In this document: piece by piece, positions 34,370 through 43,735 of the stretch
How the letters are laid out: each line of letters opens with the position of its first letter
Position numbering within the stretch: position 1 is the stretch's first letter
DNA from: Candidatus Binatia bacterium
GTDB lineage: Bacteria > Desulfobacterota > Binatia > HRBIN30
Direction of reading: 5' to 3'
Assembly: GCA_038245295.1 (NCBI GenBank)
Contig: JBBRSP010000022.1
Span: 1 to 64,000 of the forward strand
Length of the DNA: 64,000 nucleotides
The notes under the pieces: model-generated
What the model saw: the letters and a program-made list of their open reading frames with translations, nothing else
The model's database searches: none
What the model was told of the DNA's origin: nothing
Made by a program: the position numbers and the translations under genes

Positions 34370-37168
34370 ATGAAGCTCGCGTCCAAGCTCGTACTATCTT
34401 TGATTGTCGCGGCGACCTTTGCCGCGTGTGGTGACGATGGCGAAGGCAGCGGCGCAGCCGCGCCAGACCCTATCGCGCAGCTGCCAGTGGCGCAGTCGAT
34501 TCGCATTCCCGGCCTCGGTGGTCAGGTCCAGGTGGTCTACGACGAAATCGGCATCCCACATGTCTACGCTCCCGACGCCGAGTCGGCGACCTACGCCCAG
34601 GGCTACCTGACGGCACAGGTGCGCTTCTGGGAGATGGACGTCATCCGACGCTTCGCCGAAGGACGTCTATCGGAGATTCTCGGCAAGGTGACCCTCCAGA
34701 CCGATATCGGGATGCGGACCTTTTTCACGACGCGCGACGGGCGACGCATTCAGGATGCGTTGTGGGAGCATGTGCAACAAGTCGATCCGGAGATGGCGCG
34801 GATTGGTCAGGCCTATGCCAACGGCGTGAATGCCTGGCTCGCCGATCTGCGCAATCACGCCAACGGCGCCAAACTGCCGCCCGAGTACACCCTCGATATC
34901 CTCCTCGGCCAACGCGAGAACGATCTGCAAGAGTGGCGGCCGCAAGATTCCTTGGCGGTCGGACGACTGCAAGCCTTTAGCCTTTCCGATAGCTCGGGGG
35001 ACGATATGTTCGCCGGGCGTGCCGTGCACGCCTTGCCGGAAACGGTCTACAAGGATGTCTTTCGCTCGGTGGGCGTGACCAATGCAACGGCGATCCCGCA
35101 CGCCGCGGCGCTACAACCGCGCGCCGAACACGCCGCCGTTGCGGCTGCGCCGTTACCCGACGACGGCGTCGTCGATGCGGTCATGGGTGGACTTCGAGAA
35201 CTGCACGCGCAGACGCCGTGGGGTGGCAAAGATCAAGACGTTGGCAGCAACAACTGGATCGTTTCACCGGCCCTGTCGGCCAACGGGCACGCGATGTTGG
35301 CCAACGATCCGCATCTGGCCCTGTTCAATCCGCCGATCTGGCACATGATCCACCTTACGTATGGCGAGGGCGCCAATCAGCACACGACCAATGGTGTTAT
35401 CTTTCCAGGGCTCCCCGGCGTGATCCTTGGTCACAATGACGTTGCGGCCTGGGGCGCCACCACCAGCGGGTACGACGTGACCGACGTCTATGTCGAGCAA
35501 TACGAGACGCCGCCGGACTATCCCGCTTCGCCGCGCACCGTGTTGTTCAAGGGCCAGCATGTGCCGGTGCTGCGCATCAATGAGACGTTCAAGATAAAGG
35601 GCCAGCCTGACTTCGTGCACGTCCTCGAAGTCGTGCCGCACCACGGTCCGGCGGCGGCTGACCCATCGCCGCGCGATACGAAGGTGGGATTGGAGGCCAG
35701 CGGCGGCATGACGATCCGCTGGACCGGCCACGAGATCACCAATGACAGCCGCTTCCTGTTCGACCTTGGGCGGTCGCGCAACGTCAGCGACTTCAAGGAT
35801 TCGCTGCGCAACTTCGGCGTCGGCGGACAGAACTGGATCTGGGCCGACATCACGGGCAACATTGCTTACTCGTCGCGTGTGCTGATTCCGCAGCGACCGG
35901 CGGGTGTGATCCCGTGGATGCCGCTTCCTGGAACCGGTGAGGCTGAATGGCTCACCGACGCCCAGGGGAAGACGCTTTGGCTACCGGTCGACAAGATCCC
36001 TCAGGCAGTGAATCCGCTTGCCGGCTTCCTGGTGACGTCGAACAACGACACCAACGGCAATACGCTCGACAATGATCCGCTGAACGACGAGCAGTACCTG
36101 AGCAACTCCTATGATCTCGGCTTCCGGGCTCAACGCATCACCGAGATGCTCACCAATGCCGACGGCAACCGCGCGGCCGGCGCGAAGATTACGGCGGCCG
36201 ACATGTCGCACTACCAATATGATCACAGCGCCAAAGAGGCGATCCGCTTGTTGCCGTATCTCTTTCAGGCCTACGACGGGCAGAGCCCGGAAGGTCCTGT
36301 GAGTGAGGCGCTCGAGCGGCTGCACGCCTGGGCGATTGCCAAACCCGGGTCGCCGGCCTGCAACGCGGTATCGGGCATCGATGCGCACGAGTTGCGCGAC
36401 GACATTGCCCCGCGGCCGACAGCGGTTAGCGACGAAGAGCGTCAGGACGCCATCGCCACGGCGATCTTCGGCTCATGGGTGAAACGTGTCTATACGGCGA
36501 TCTTCGCCGACGACTTTGCCGGTACGGGGATCTCGGCGCCCGGCGGCGACGATGCGGTGCGCGCGGTGTTGCACATCATCGAGGACCTCGATCGCACCGA
36601 CGCCGGATTTATCGTCCACACCAAGGGCGCGAGCGGCCAGTCGACATTGTGGGACAACAAGAGCACTCCGGGCGTCGTTGAGACGCGTGATCAGATCTTG
36701 CGCAGCAGTTTCCAGGATGCGCTGACTTTTGCCGAGACGAAGTTCGCCACCGACGATCAGACGCAATGGCTGTGGGGTAAGATCCACCAGGTTCAGTTTC
36801 AACATTTTGTCGGGCAGGCGGGAGTGCCGATCTTCGACCTCGGACCGTTCGCCGGTTCTGGCTCCCGTTTCACCGTCAACCCGGCCAACTTCGGCGCCAC
36901 CGGTGATTCGTTTACGTACTCCGGTGGTCCATCGATGCGTTTCGTCGCAGAGCTCGATCCAGCCGGCATCCGCGCCGTCAACATTCTTCCCGGCGGCAAC
37001 AACGGCGATCCCGGCGGCACCGCGTCAGAGAACTACAACCGCATCAATCCGGCGATCCACTACGGCGACCATGTCGCCGGCTGGGTAAACGGCACCACCT
37101 TCCAGTATCACCTGACGCGCGATGATGTGGCGTCCCACTCTCTCAAGAAGGTCGTGTTGGTCCCGTGA
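34370..37168 (+). CDS. Penicillin acylase / AHL-acylase family (S45 Ntn-hydrolase) lipoprotein
   Basis: Lipobox FAAC; GIPHVYA, GSNNW nucleophile, LANDPHL, WGKIH. Confidence 0.93.
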   Translation: MKLASKLVLSLIVAATFAACGDDGEGSGAAAPDPIAQLPVAQSIRIPGLGGQVQVVYDEIGIPHVYAPDAESATYAQGYLTAQVRFWEMDVIRRFAEGRLSEILGKVTLQTDIGMRTFFTTRDGRRIQDALWEHVQQVDPEMARIGQAYANGVNAWLADLRNHANGAKLPPEYTLDILLGQRENDLQEWRPQDSLAVGRLQAFSLSDSSGDDMFAGRAVHALPETVYKDVFRSVGVTNATAIPHAAALQPRAEHAAVAAAPLPDDGVVDAVMGGLRELHAQTPWGGKDQDVGSNNWIVSPALSANGHAMLANDPHLALFNPPIWHMIHLTYGEGANQHTTNGVIFPGLPGVILGHNDVAAWGATTSGYDVTDVYVEQYETPPDYPASPRTVLFKGQHVPVLRINETFKIKGQPDFVHVLEVVPHHGPAAADPSPRDTKVGLEASGGMTIRWTGHEITNDSRFLFDLGRSRNVSDFKDSLRNFGVGGQNWIWADITGNIAYSSRVLIPQRPAGVIPWMPLPGTGEAEWLTDAQGKTLWLPVDKIPQAVNPLAGFLVTSNNDTNGNTLDNDPLNDEQYLSNSYDLGFRAQRITEMLTNADGNRAAGAKITAADMSHYQYDHSAKEAIRLLPYLFQAYDGQSPEGPVSEALERLHAWAIAKPGSPACNAVSGIDAHELRDDIAPRPTAVSDEERQDAIATAIFGSWVKRVYTAIFADDFAGTGISAPGGDDAVRAVLHIIEDLDRTDAGFIVHTKGASGQSTLWDNKSTPGVVETRDQILRSSFQDALTFAETKFATDDQTQWLWGKIHQVQFQHFVGQAGVPIFDLGPFAGSGSRFTVNPANFGATGDSFTYSGGPSMRFVAELDPAGIRAVNILPGGNNGDPGGTASENYNRINPAIHYGDHVAGWVNGTTFQYHLTRDDVASHSLKKVVLVP

Positions 37169-37661
37169 TCCTCTACCCCAATCCCATGAGTCCCATAGGT
37201 CGTATAGGTCTTATGGATTCTCGCTGCCGCGGAGAAGATCGCCGATGAGCAGCCGGCATGCCCAATCGACGATTTCGGCGATTATCGGTCAAGCACCGTG
37301 GCCGCAGAGGAGCGCGGCCGAGCGCCGGCCGTTCCGACACTTCCGTGAAGAGAAACCCCAGCAATATTAAAGGGAGGTTCCGCAAAAAGGCAAAAACCGT
37401 TGAGTTTGGGTGGCTAGGTACCCCTATCCCGCCTCGCGATCGTCGATTGTAGGGCTTCCTGGCGCGTCGTGGGTTCCCGGTTGTGGCTCGATCGATTCGT
37501 CCTCGCAGGTTATCGGCCACAGCGAAGGTTCACTCACAAATCGAGAACCCAGTGGCCGTGCGGCGTGAAAGTGGATGGTCCGGAGTGCAGGGTTCAGTCG
37601 CGGTTCGCATTTGCTTTACCGCCGCGGGCAAGGGATAGAGGCGCCGGCAAAGGGGGCGTCC

Positions 37662-39941
37662 ATGCGAACACGAATCCAGCCCGCGGTGGTTGCGGCAATC
37701 CTAATTCTGCTCGCGCCGAGCCTCGCAGCGGCGGCGTTGTCTCGCGCCGCGGCAGTGCGCGCCCTCGAGACGGCGACCGGCGGATCCCTGAAGATGACCG
37801 TGTCGCCGGCGACAGGGCAGGTAACCTTCCTTCGTTTCGCCCTCGGCCGCGGGGCGCGGGTCAGCGAGCCAACGAAGGCACCGGCCGACAATCGGGCTCG
37901 CAGTTTCCTAAGCGCCTATAGTGCAATCACCGGCCTACCCGACGCCAACTCGGTCGCCGTGCGCTCCGTCAGCAAGCCGGACGAGGTCGGAGCGGAGCAT
38001 GTCCGCCTTCAGCAAACACATGCGGGTATACCGGTGTCCGGCGCCCAGATGACGGTACACCTGCATGGTTCGTATGTAACCGCGCTTCACGCCAAGACCG
38101 TGGCGGATCTCGACGGTGTCGATGTCGAGCCTGCGGTCGACAAGGCAGCTGCCCTGACGGCGGCTGCCGATCGCGTTGCGACGAAGTATGGTGTTGCGCG
38201 ACCGCAACTTACCGTACCGCAGCTCGAGTTGTTCAATCGTGGCCTCTTCGAAGGCACCCGCGGTGCGACTCGACTATCGTGGTTTGTCGAAGCGCAGGCG
38301 CCGCGACTATTGGTGTTTGTCTGGGTCGATGCGCACACGGGCGAAGTCCTCTTCGACGTGAACCAAGCGACCGACGGATTGACACGTGCCATCTATGACC
38401 AGAACTACAACGCGATGACGCCACTCCCCGGCATGCTGACGCGTTTTGAAGGTTCCCCGCCGAGCGGTGTCGCCGCGGCCGATGACGTGTACGACTTTAC
38501 CGGCGATACCTACAACTACTATTTGACCATGCATGGCCGCGACAGTTTCGATGACCTCGGCGCAGCGATGATCTCAACCGTCCGTTACTGCGACAGCGAC
38601 TGTGGCTGCCCGTGCTTTAATGCCTTTTGGAACGGCAACCAGACTGTTTTCGGTACCGACCCGTTCAACACCGACGACGTTGTCGGCCACGAGTGGACGC
38701 ACGGGGTGACGCAGTACACCGCCGGTTTGATTTACTACAAGGCGCCGGGGGCGATGAACGAGTCGTTCTCCGACATCTTCGGCGAGACGATCGATCTTTT
38801 GAATCCGGGTGGGTACGACACGCCGGCTGTGCGTTGGCATATCGCCGAGGCTGCCAACTTAACGACCGGCATTCGCAACATGATGAGCCCGAACACTTTC
38901 CCTGGCCAGGATCCGCCAAAGATGACGGCACCGCAATTCTACTGCGCGGATACCGACGCCGGCGGGGTGCACTCGAACAGCGGCATCGGCAATCATGCCT
39001 ATGCGTTGATGGTCGATGGCGGTACGTACAATGGCTACACCATCAGCGGCATCGGCCTGACCAAGGCGGCGAAGATCGAGTACCGCGCGTTGACAGTCTA
39101 CCTCACGCCAACATCCGAATATGCCGACGACTACGATGCGCTGCAGCAGGCGTGTACGGATCTGCTTGGGGTGGAAGGCATCACGGTTGCCGACTGTGCC
39201 GAGATGAAGAAGGCCCTCGATGCCGTCGAGATGTCGTATGCCTGGCCGTGCACCTGCGGCAACGGCGTCCTCGATGCCGGCGAGGACTGTGACGACGGTA
39301 ACAAGAGCGGCGGCGACTGCTGCTCGCCGGGATGCACGATCGAAGCGGATGGGACCGCCTGTTCCGATGGCAGCCTGTGCACCAATCCCGACCAGTGCCA
39401 GAGCGGCACCTGCACGGGTACCGCCGCGCCGGTGGCGATTTGCCGCGCGCCTGTCGAAGCGGACAAGGCGTCGCTATCGCTGCAACATGGCAAAACCGAT
39501 CGCTTTGCCTTCGCCTTCGGCAAGGGCGCGCAGACGCTGAAGGCAGAATTTGGGACGCCGACGACGAGCACGAACTATTCGCTCTGTGTCTATGGCGATA
39601 TGGGCGGCATGACGACGGTGCTCGTGGATTTCACTGCTCCTGGTGCCAGCCTGTGTAACGGCAAGCCGTGTTGGAAGGAGCGTAAGACCGGTTTCTGGTA
39701 CGGTGACCGCAGCGGCAGCCGTGGCGGCTTGAAGACCTTGCGTCTGCGCGAAGGGGTGGATGGCAAGACCAAGATCTCGGCCAACGCCGGTACTGCCAAT
39801 CTCTCACTGCCGGCGCTGCCGCTGAACGCGACATCGATCACAGCGCAGGTGGTGAGCAGCGACGGCCAATGTTGGGGCGCGACATTCCTGCCGCCGTTTA
39901 CCAAGAACCTGGCGACGGGATTCAAGGACAAGGGCAACTGA
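37662..39941 (+). CDS. M4 (thermolysin-like) metallopeptidase with propeptide, DUF4215-like repeat and C-terminal domain
   Basis: NAFWNG, HEWTH, NESFSD, GGVHSNSGI; CGNGVLDAGEDCDDGN. Confidence 0.93.
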   Translation: MRTRIQPAVVAAILILLAPSLAAAALSRAAAVRALETATGGSLKMTVSPATGQVTFLRFALGRGARVSEPTKAPADNRARSFLSAYSAITGLPDANSVAVRSVSKPDEVGAEHVRLQQTHAGIPVSGAQMTVHLHGSYVTALHAKTVADLDGVDVEPAVDKAAALTAAADRVATKYGVARPQLTVPQLELFNRGLFEGTRGATRLSWFVEAQAPRLLVFVWVDAHTGEVLFDVNQATDGLTRAIYDQNYNAMTPLPGMLTRFEGSPPSGVAAADDVYDFTGDTYNYYLTMHGRDSFDDLGAAMISTVRYCDSDCGCPCFNAFWNGNQTVFGTDPFNTDDVVGHEWTHGVTQYTAGLIYYKAPGAMNESFSDIFGETIDLLNPGGYDTPAVRWHIAEAANLTTGIRNMMSPNTFPGQDPPKMTAPQFYCADTDAGGVHSNSGIGNHAYALMVDGGTYNGYTISGIGLTKAAKIEYRALTVYLTPTSEYADDYDALQQACTDLLGVEGITVADCAEMKKALDAVEMSYAWPCTCGNGVLDAGEDCDDGNKSGGDCCSPGCTIEADGTACSDGSLCTNPDQCQSGTCTGTAAPVAICRAPVEADKASLSLQHGKTDRFAFAFGKGAQTLKAEFGTPTTSTNYSLCVYGDMGGMTTVLVDFTAPGASLCNGKPCWKERKTGFWYGDRSGSRGGLKTLRLREGVDGKTKISANAGTANLSLPALPLNATSITAQVVSSDGQCWGATFLPPFTKNLATGFKDKGN

Positions 39942-39962
39942 GGTTTTGGTGCTCCAGTAAGG

Positions 39963-40742
39963 TTAGCTCGACTGTGTCCGCCCGCGTTCCTGCACGCCGG
40001 CCCGTCGTTCCGCGATCGCCTCGGGTGTCAACTCCTTGGCATGCTCGCGTGACGCCGCGGTCTCGATCTTGAGGCCATCGCTGAAGGTTTGCGCGTAGCC
40101 TTTGTCGATGACGCGTTTGTAGGCGCGCATGACGCTCGGAATGCAGGACTGGATGTCCTTGGCGAGCGCGCGGCAAGCCGGCAGCAATTCGTCGGGCCCG
40201 ACGACGCGATTCACCAGGCCCCAGTCGCAGGCCTGCTGGGCGCTGAGATAGTTCCCCGACAGCGACAGCTCTTTCGCGCGGTAGATGCCAATCGTGCGCG
40301 ACAGCTTTTGACTCAGCCCCCATCCGGGCATGACACCGACCCGTGCGTGGGTATCGGCAAACTTCGCTTCGGTAGAGGCGATGAGGATGTCGCACGATAA
40401 TGCCAACTCGAAGCCGCCGGTGATGGCGAAGCCATTGATGGCACCGATGATCGGTCGATCGAAGTGATGGAGCGCCAGGACCAGGTCGCCATCGGCGACG
40501 GCTGCCTCGGTGTCGGAGGGCGCCGCGCTGCTCAATTCCTTGAGGTCGAGGCCGGCACAAAAGGCGCGTCCGGCACCAGTGAGGATGACAACCTCTGTTG
40601 AGGCGTCGGTCGCCAACTCCGCGAACGCCGCGACAATGGCGTTGCGTAACTCACGCGATAAAGAGTTCATCGCCTTCGGGCGGTTCAGTGTGACCGTGGC
40701 GATGCCGTCCTTCTTCTCAACGAGAACTACACGTTCCGACAT
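39963..40742 (-). CDS. Enoyl-CoA hydratase/isomerase
   Basis: LNRPKAMN, AFCAGLDL, AITGGFEL, DTHARVG. Confidence 0.93.
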   Translation of the reverse strand: MSERVVLVEKKDGIATVTLNRPKAMNSLSRELRNAIVAAFAELATDASTEVVILTGAGRAFCAGLDLKELSSAAPSDTEAAVADGDLVLALHHFDRPIIGAINGFAITGGFELALSCDILIASTEAKFADTHARVGVMPGWGLSQKLSRTIGIYRAKELSLSGNYLSAQQACDWGLVNRVVGPDELLPACRALAKDIQSCIPSVMRAYKRVIDKGYAQTFSDGLKIETAASREHAKELTPEAIAERRAGVQERGRTQSS

Positions 40743-40984
40743 AGACACTTCTCCCCTCAACCTGGATCGTTGCTCTTGCGCCCAAAGCCACTTCCGAAGC
40801 AATCGGGTGGTCAACGCTATCGCCTTCCGTCGCGGAAGGAGGTCCCGCCCTGCTTCGAAGCTATGCGCCGTTTGATCTCTGCGTCTCGGCGGCTCTGCGT
40901 CAGCCCGACGATCCGTTGGCAAGCGAACACCGGTGGCGATCGGTGCCTTGCAACGCCGCGCCGGCGATTCCATAGTCGAACGAC

Positions 40985-42136
40985 ATGAATCGTGGCGATT
41001 TCGAGAAGCTCGAAGGTCTGGTCCTGGCTCCCTACGCGACCCGCAGTGCCGATAGCCGCGGGCGCGTCCATCCAGAGGCGGAACATGCGTTCCGGTTGTC
41101 GTTCCAGCGCGACCGTGACCGCATCATTCATTCCACGGCGTTTCGGCGGCTGGAGTACAAGACGCAAGTCTTCGTCAACCACGAAGGTGACTACTACCGG
41201 ACTCGACTGACTCACTCGATGGAAACGGCGCAGATCGCCCGCACGGTGGCGCAGGCTCTGCGACTCAATCAGGATCTCGCCGAGGCGGTGGCTCTGGCGC
41301 ATGACCTTGGTCATACCCCCTTCGGCCATGCCGGCGAACGCACGCTGCATCAGTTGATGCGCGACCACGGTGGTTTCGATCACAATCGTCAGAGTCTGCG
41401 CATCGTAGAAGTGCTCGAGGAGCGTTACCCGTCGTTCAAAGGCCTCAACCTTACCTGGGAAGTGCGTGAGGGTATCGCCAAACACTCGCCGCCCTACACC
41501 AAGCCGATGGCGCAGCGTTTCGAACCTGGCAAAGCGCCGTGCCTCGAGGCGCAACTCGTCGATTACGCTGACGAGATCGCCTACAACACGCACGACATCG
41601 ATGACGGTCTGAAGTCTGGCCTGATCACGGCGGAACAACTCAGCGATGTCGCCCTGTGGCGCGACACCTACGCCCGTGTCGTGCGCGAGCTCCCCGACGC
41701 GCCGTTCGAGCTGCAACGCTATCAGGTGCAGCGCTGGCTGATCGACGAGTTCGTCGGTGACCTGATCGGCACGATAGAAGAACGTCTGACGGCGATCGCC
41801 GCCAAAGGCCCCGAGGATATCCGCGATCATGGTGCGCCGATCGCGACCTTCAGCGACGCCCTCGAGAGCAAGCGTCTCGAGCTGAAAGCTTTCCTCAAAG
41901 AGAACATGTACCGCCACTACCGCGTCACCCGTATGATGGTGAAGGCGCAACGTGTCATGGCCGAGCTCTTCAAGGCCTACATGGAAGAGCCGCGCCTGCT
42001 GCCGCCCCACGTGCTGGCCCGCAGCGATCGCGACGACACGCAAGCCCGTGTCATCGCCGACTATATCGCCGGCATGACGGATCGCTTCGCGGTCGAGGAA
42101 CACATCAAACTCTTCGATCCGAGCGAACGGGTGTGA
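40985..42136 (+). CDS. dgt: Deoxyguanosinetriphosphate triphosphohydrolase (dGTPase-like)
   Basis: FQRDRDRI, FRRLEYKTQVF, RTRLTHS, HDLGHTPFGH, DYIAGMTD. Confidence 0.93.
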   Translation: MNRGDFEKLEGLVLAPYATRSADSRGRVHPEAEHAFRLSFQRDRDRIIHSTAFRRLEYKTQVFVNHEGDYYRTRLTHSMETAQIARTVAQALRLNQDLAEAVALAHDLGHTPFGHAGERTLHQLMRDHGGFDHNRQSLRIVEVLEERYPSFKGLNLTWEVREGIAKHSPPYTKPMAQRFEPGKAPCLEAQLVDYADEIAYNTHDIDDGLKSGLITAEQLSDVALWRDTYARVVRELPDAPFELQRYQVQRWLIDEFVGDLIGTIEERLTAIAAKGPEDIRDHGAPIATFSDALESKRLELKAFLKENMYRHYRVTRMMVKAQRVMAELFKAYMEEPRLLPPHVLARSDRDDTQARVIADYIAGMTDRFAVEEHIKLFDPSERV

Positions 42137-42203
42137 ATAGAAAGAGTGCTGGCCTTTTGTGGGTGACGTTTGATACTCCCCGTTGAACTCGGGAGGGTGG
42201 TTG

Positions 42204-43718
42204 ATGAAATGGATCCTTGGGCTGTTGGCGCTCGCGGCGGCGGTGCCGGCGGCAGCACAGCAGGAGTCCGCGGTCTGGGCCGGGGACAAGAAGGTGTATA
42301 CGCCGGTCGTTTCGTTTGCCGGCGATGAAGTGTCCGTCGAACTGCCGGCGTCGATGCGGTCGCGGGTCGAGGCGGTCAGCGCCTTTCCCGTCGATGCCGA
42401 CGGCACCAAGCAGACGACCAAACTGGCGTTCCTACCGCAGGTACGCGTCGGGGCACGGCTCGATAGTCGGCCGCGTGATCTGCCGTGGTTCCATCTGCAA
42501 TTCGATTACGAGCATGACCTCACCACGGGCACACTGAGTGGCTCGCCGGGTTATGCCGGCGAACGACTGCCCTACGGGGAGAAGGAGCATACGGAGCTGC
42601 GGCGTCTCTACGCACGCGCCATCCTTGCCGACACGATTGTCATCGGCGGCGGCTACACGATGAGCCACTGGGGGCTCGGCTTACTCGCCAACGACGGGGC
42701 GCACGGTTGGACGCCCGGCAGCGCGCGCTTCACCGACCCGCGTAGCGGCGATCGCGTGATTCGCGCCGCGGTCGGCACGACACCGCTCACCGACTTCAAG
42801 ATCGTCGTCGGCGGCGCCATCGATCAGGTCGAGCACGACGATGTACTGCTGCCAGGCGATAGCGCCATGCAATACATCTTGCGCGGCGTCGTCGGCGAAG
42901 GCCTTCCCACCAATGGCGGCATCTATCTCGTCTATCGCGAGCAGAACAGCACACAGCGTCGCGGCTTCGATGTCTATGTCGCCGATGTGACCGCTTCGAC
43001 GACACACAAACTCAGCATTGGCTCGCTCACCTTCGCGACCGAAGGTGCGGTGATCTGGGGCCGAACGAGTCTGGCGCCGAATCCCGACTTCGTGCGGCAC
43101 GACCTGTTGCAGGTCGCGGCCACCGGTAAGATTTCCCTTGACTGCGGCGGCTATGGCGGCGTTTTCGACGTGTTGTATGCCTCGGGGGATCAGAACGTCG
43201 ATGACGGCGACCAGAATGCCTTCAAGGTCGACCCGAATTACGAGTTCGGCCTGATCCTGTTCCGCCAGGTGTTAGCGGCGCAAACCGGCCGCGCTGTCGT
43301 CACCGCAAGCAACCCGACCATCATCGGCAGGCCCGTGCCTGATCTCGATCGTGTACCAACCGGCGGTAGCCCGACCAATACCATCGCGTTTTTCCCGCGC
43401 GCCTGGGTGCGGCCGATCGACGGTTGGGAAACCTACGGCGGTCCGATGATCGCGCTGACCGAAGTACGGTACGCCGATCCCTTCAACTCGCGGCTGGCGG
43501 GTGGCCAGCCACACAACGCGCTCGGCGGCAGCCCGGGCAGCCTGTGGGGTGTCGAGCTCGATCTCGGCACACGCTACCGAACGCTGGTGTACGGCAGCGA
43601 ATGGACCGCCGGTCTCGAAGGCGGCGTCTTGTTCCCCGGCAACGCCTTCGACAACGGCGCCGGTCAGTCGATGGGCGAAGTTTTCGCTGGGCGATTCCTG
43701 TTCGAGGTGCGACTGTGA
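42204..43718 (+). CDS. Putative outer-membrane beta-barrel protein
   Basis: Signal peptide; alternating amphipathic strands; YASGD motif; C-terminal strand GRFLFEVRL. Confidence 0.7.
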   Translation: MKWILGLLALAAAVPAAAQQESAVWAGDKKVYTPVVSFAGDEVSVELPASMRSRVEAVSAFPVDADGTKQTTKLAFLPQVRVGARLDSRPRDLPWFHLQFDYEHDLTTGTLSGSPGYAGERLPYGEKEHTELRRLYARAILADTIVIGGGYTMSHWGLGLLANDGAHGWTPGSARFTDPRSGDRVIRAAVGTTPLTDFKIVVGGAIDQVEHDDVLLPGDSAMQYILRGVVGEGLPTNGGIYLVYREQNSTQRRGFDVYVADVTASTTHKLSIGSLTFATEGAVIWGRTSLAPNPDFVRHDLLQVAATGKISLDCGGYGGVFDVLYASGDQNVDDGDQNAFKVDPNYEFGLILFRQVLAAQTGRAVVTASNPTIIGRPVPDLDRVPTGGSPTNTIAFFPRAWVRPIDGWETYGGPMIALTEVRYADPFNSRLAGGQPHNALGGSPGSLWGVELDLGTRYRTLVYGSEWTAGLEGGVLFPGNAFDNGAGQSMGEVFAGRFLFEVRL

Positions 43719-43735
43719 GGACGCGGAGATTCGCC

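Noticed and set aside
37380..37660. Possible c-di-GMP (GEMM) riboswitch upstream of the M4 peptidase
   Set aside because: Only a loose GGCAAA match; the GNRA-loop stem and GCAAAGC elements are not found.
40817..42421. 534-aa ORF on the - strand
   Set aside because: Antisense to the well-supported dGTPase gene, a typical high-GC shadow ORF; the same applies to 1649-2662, 2503-3918, 18545-19735 and 21511-22482.
43424..43735. Long N-terminal extensions in the ORF track (also 3471, 51642, 57114, 376-1221)
   Set aside because: They overlap upstream genes or repeats; downstream starts with RBS, signal peptide or homology fit better.
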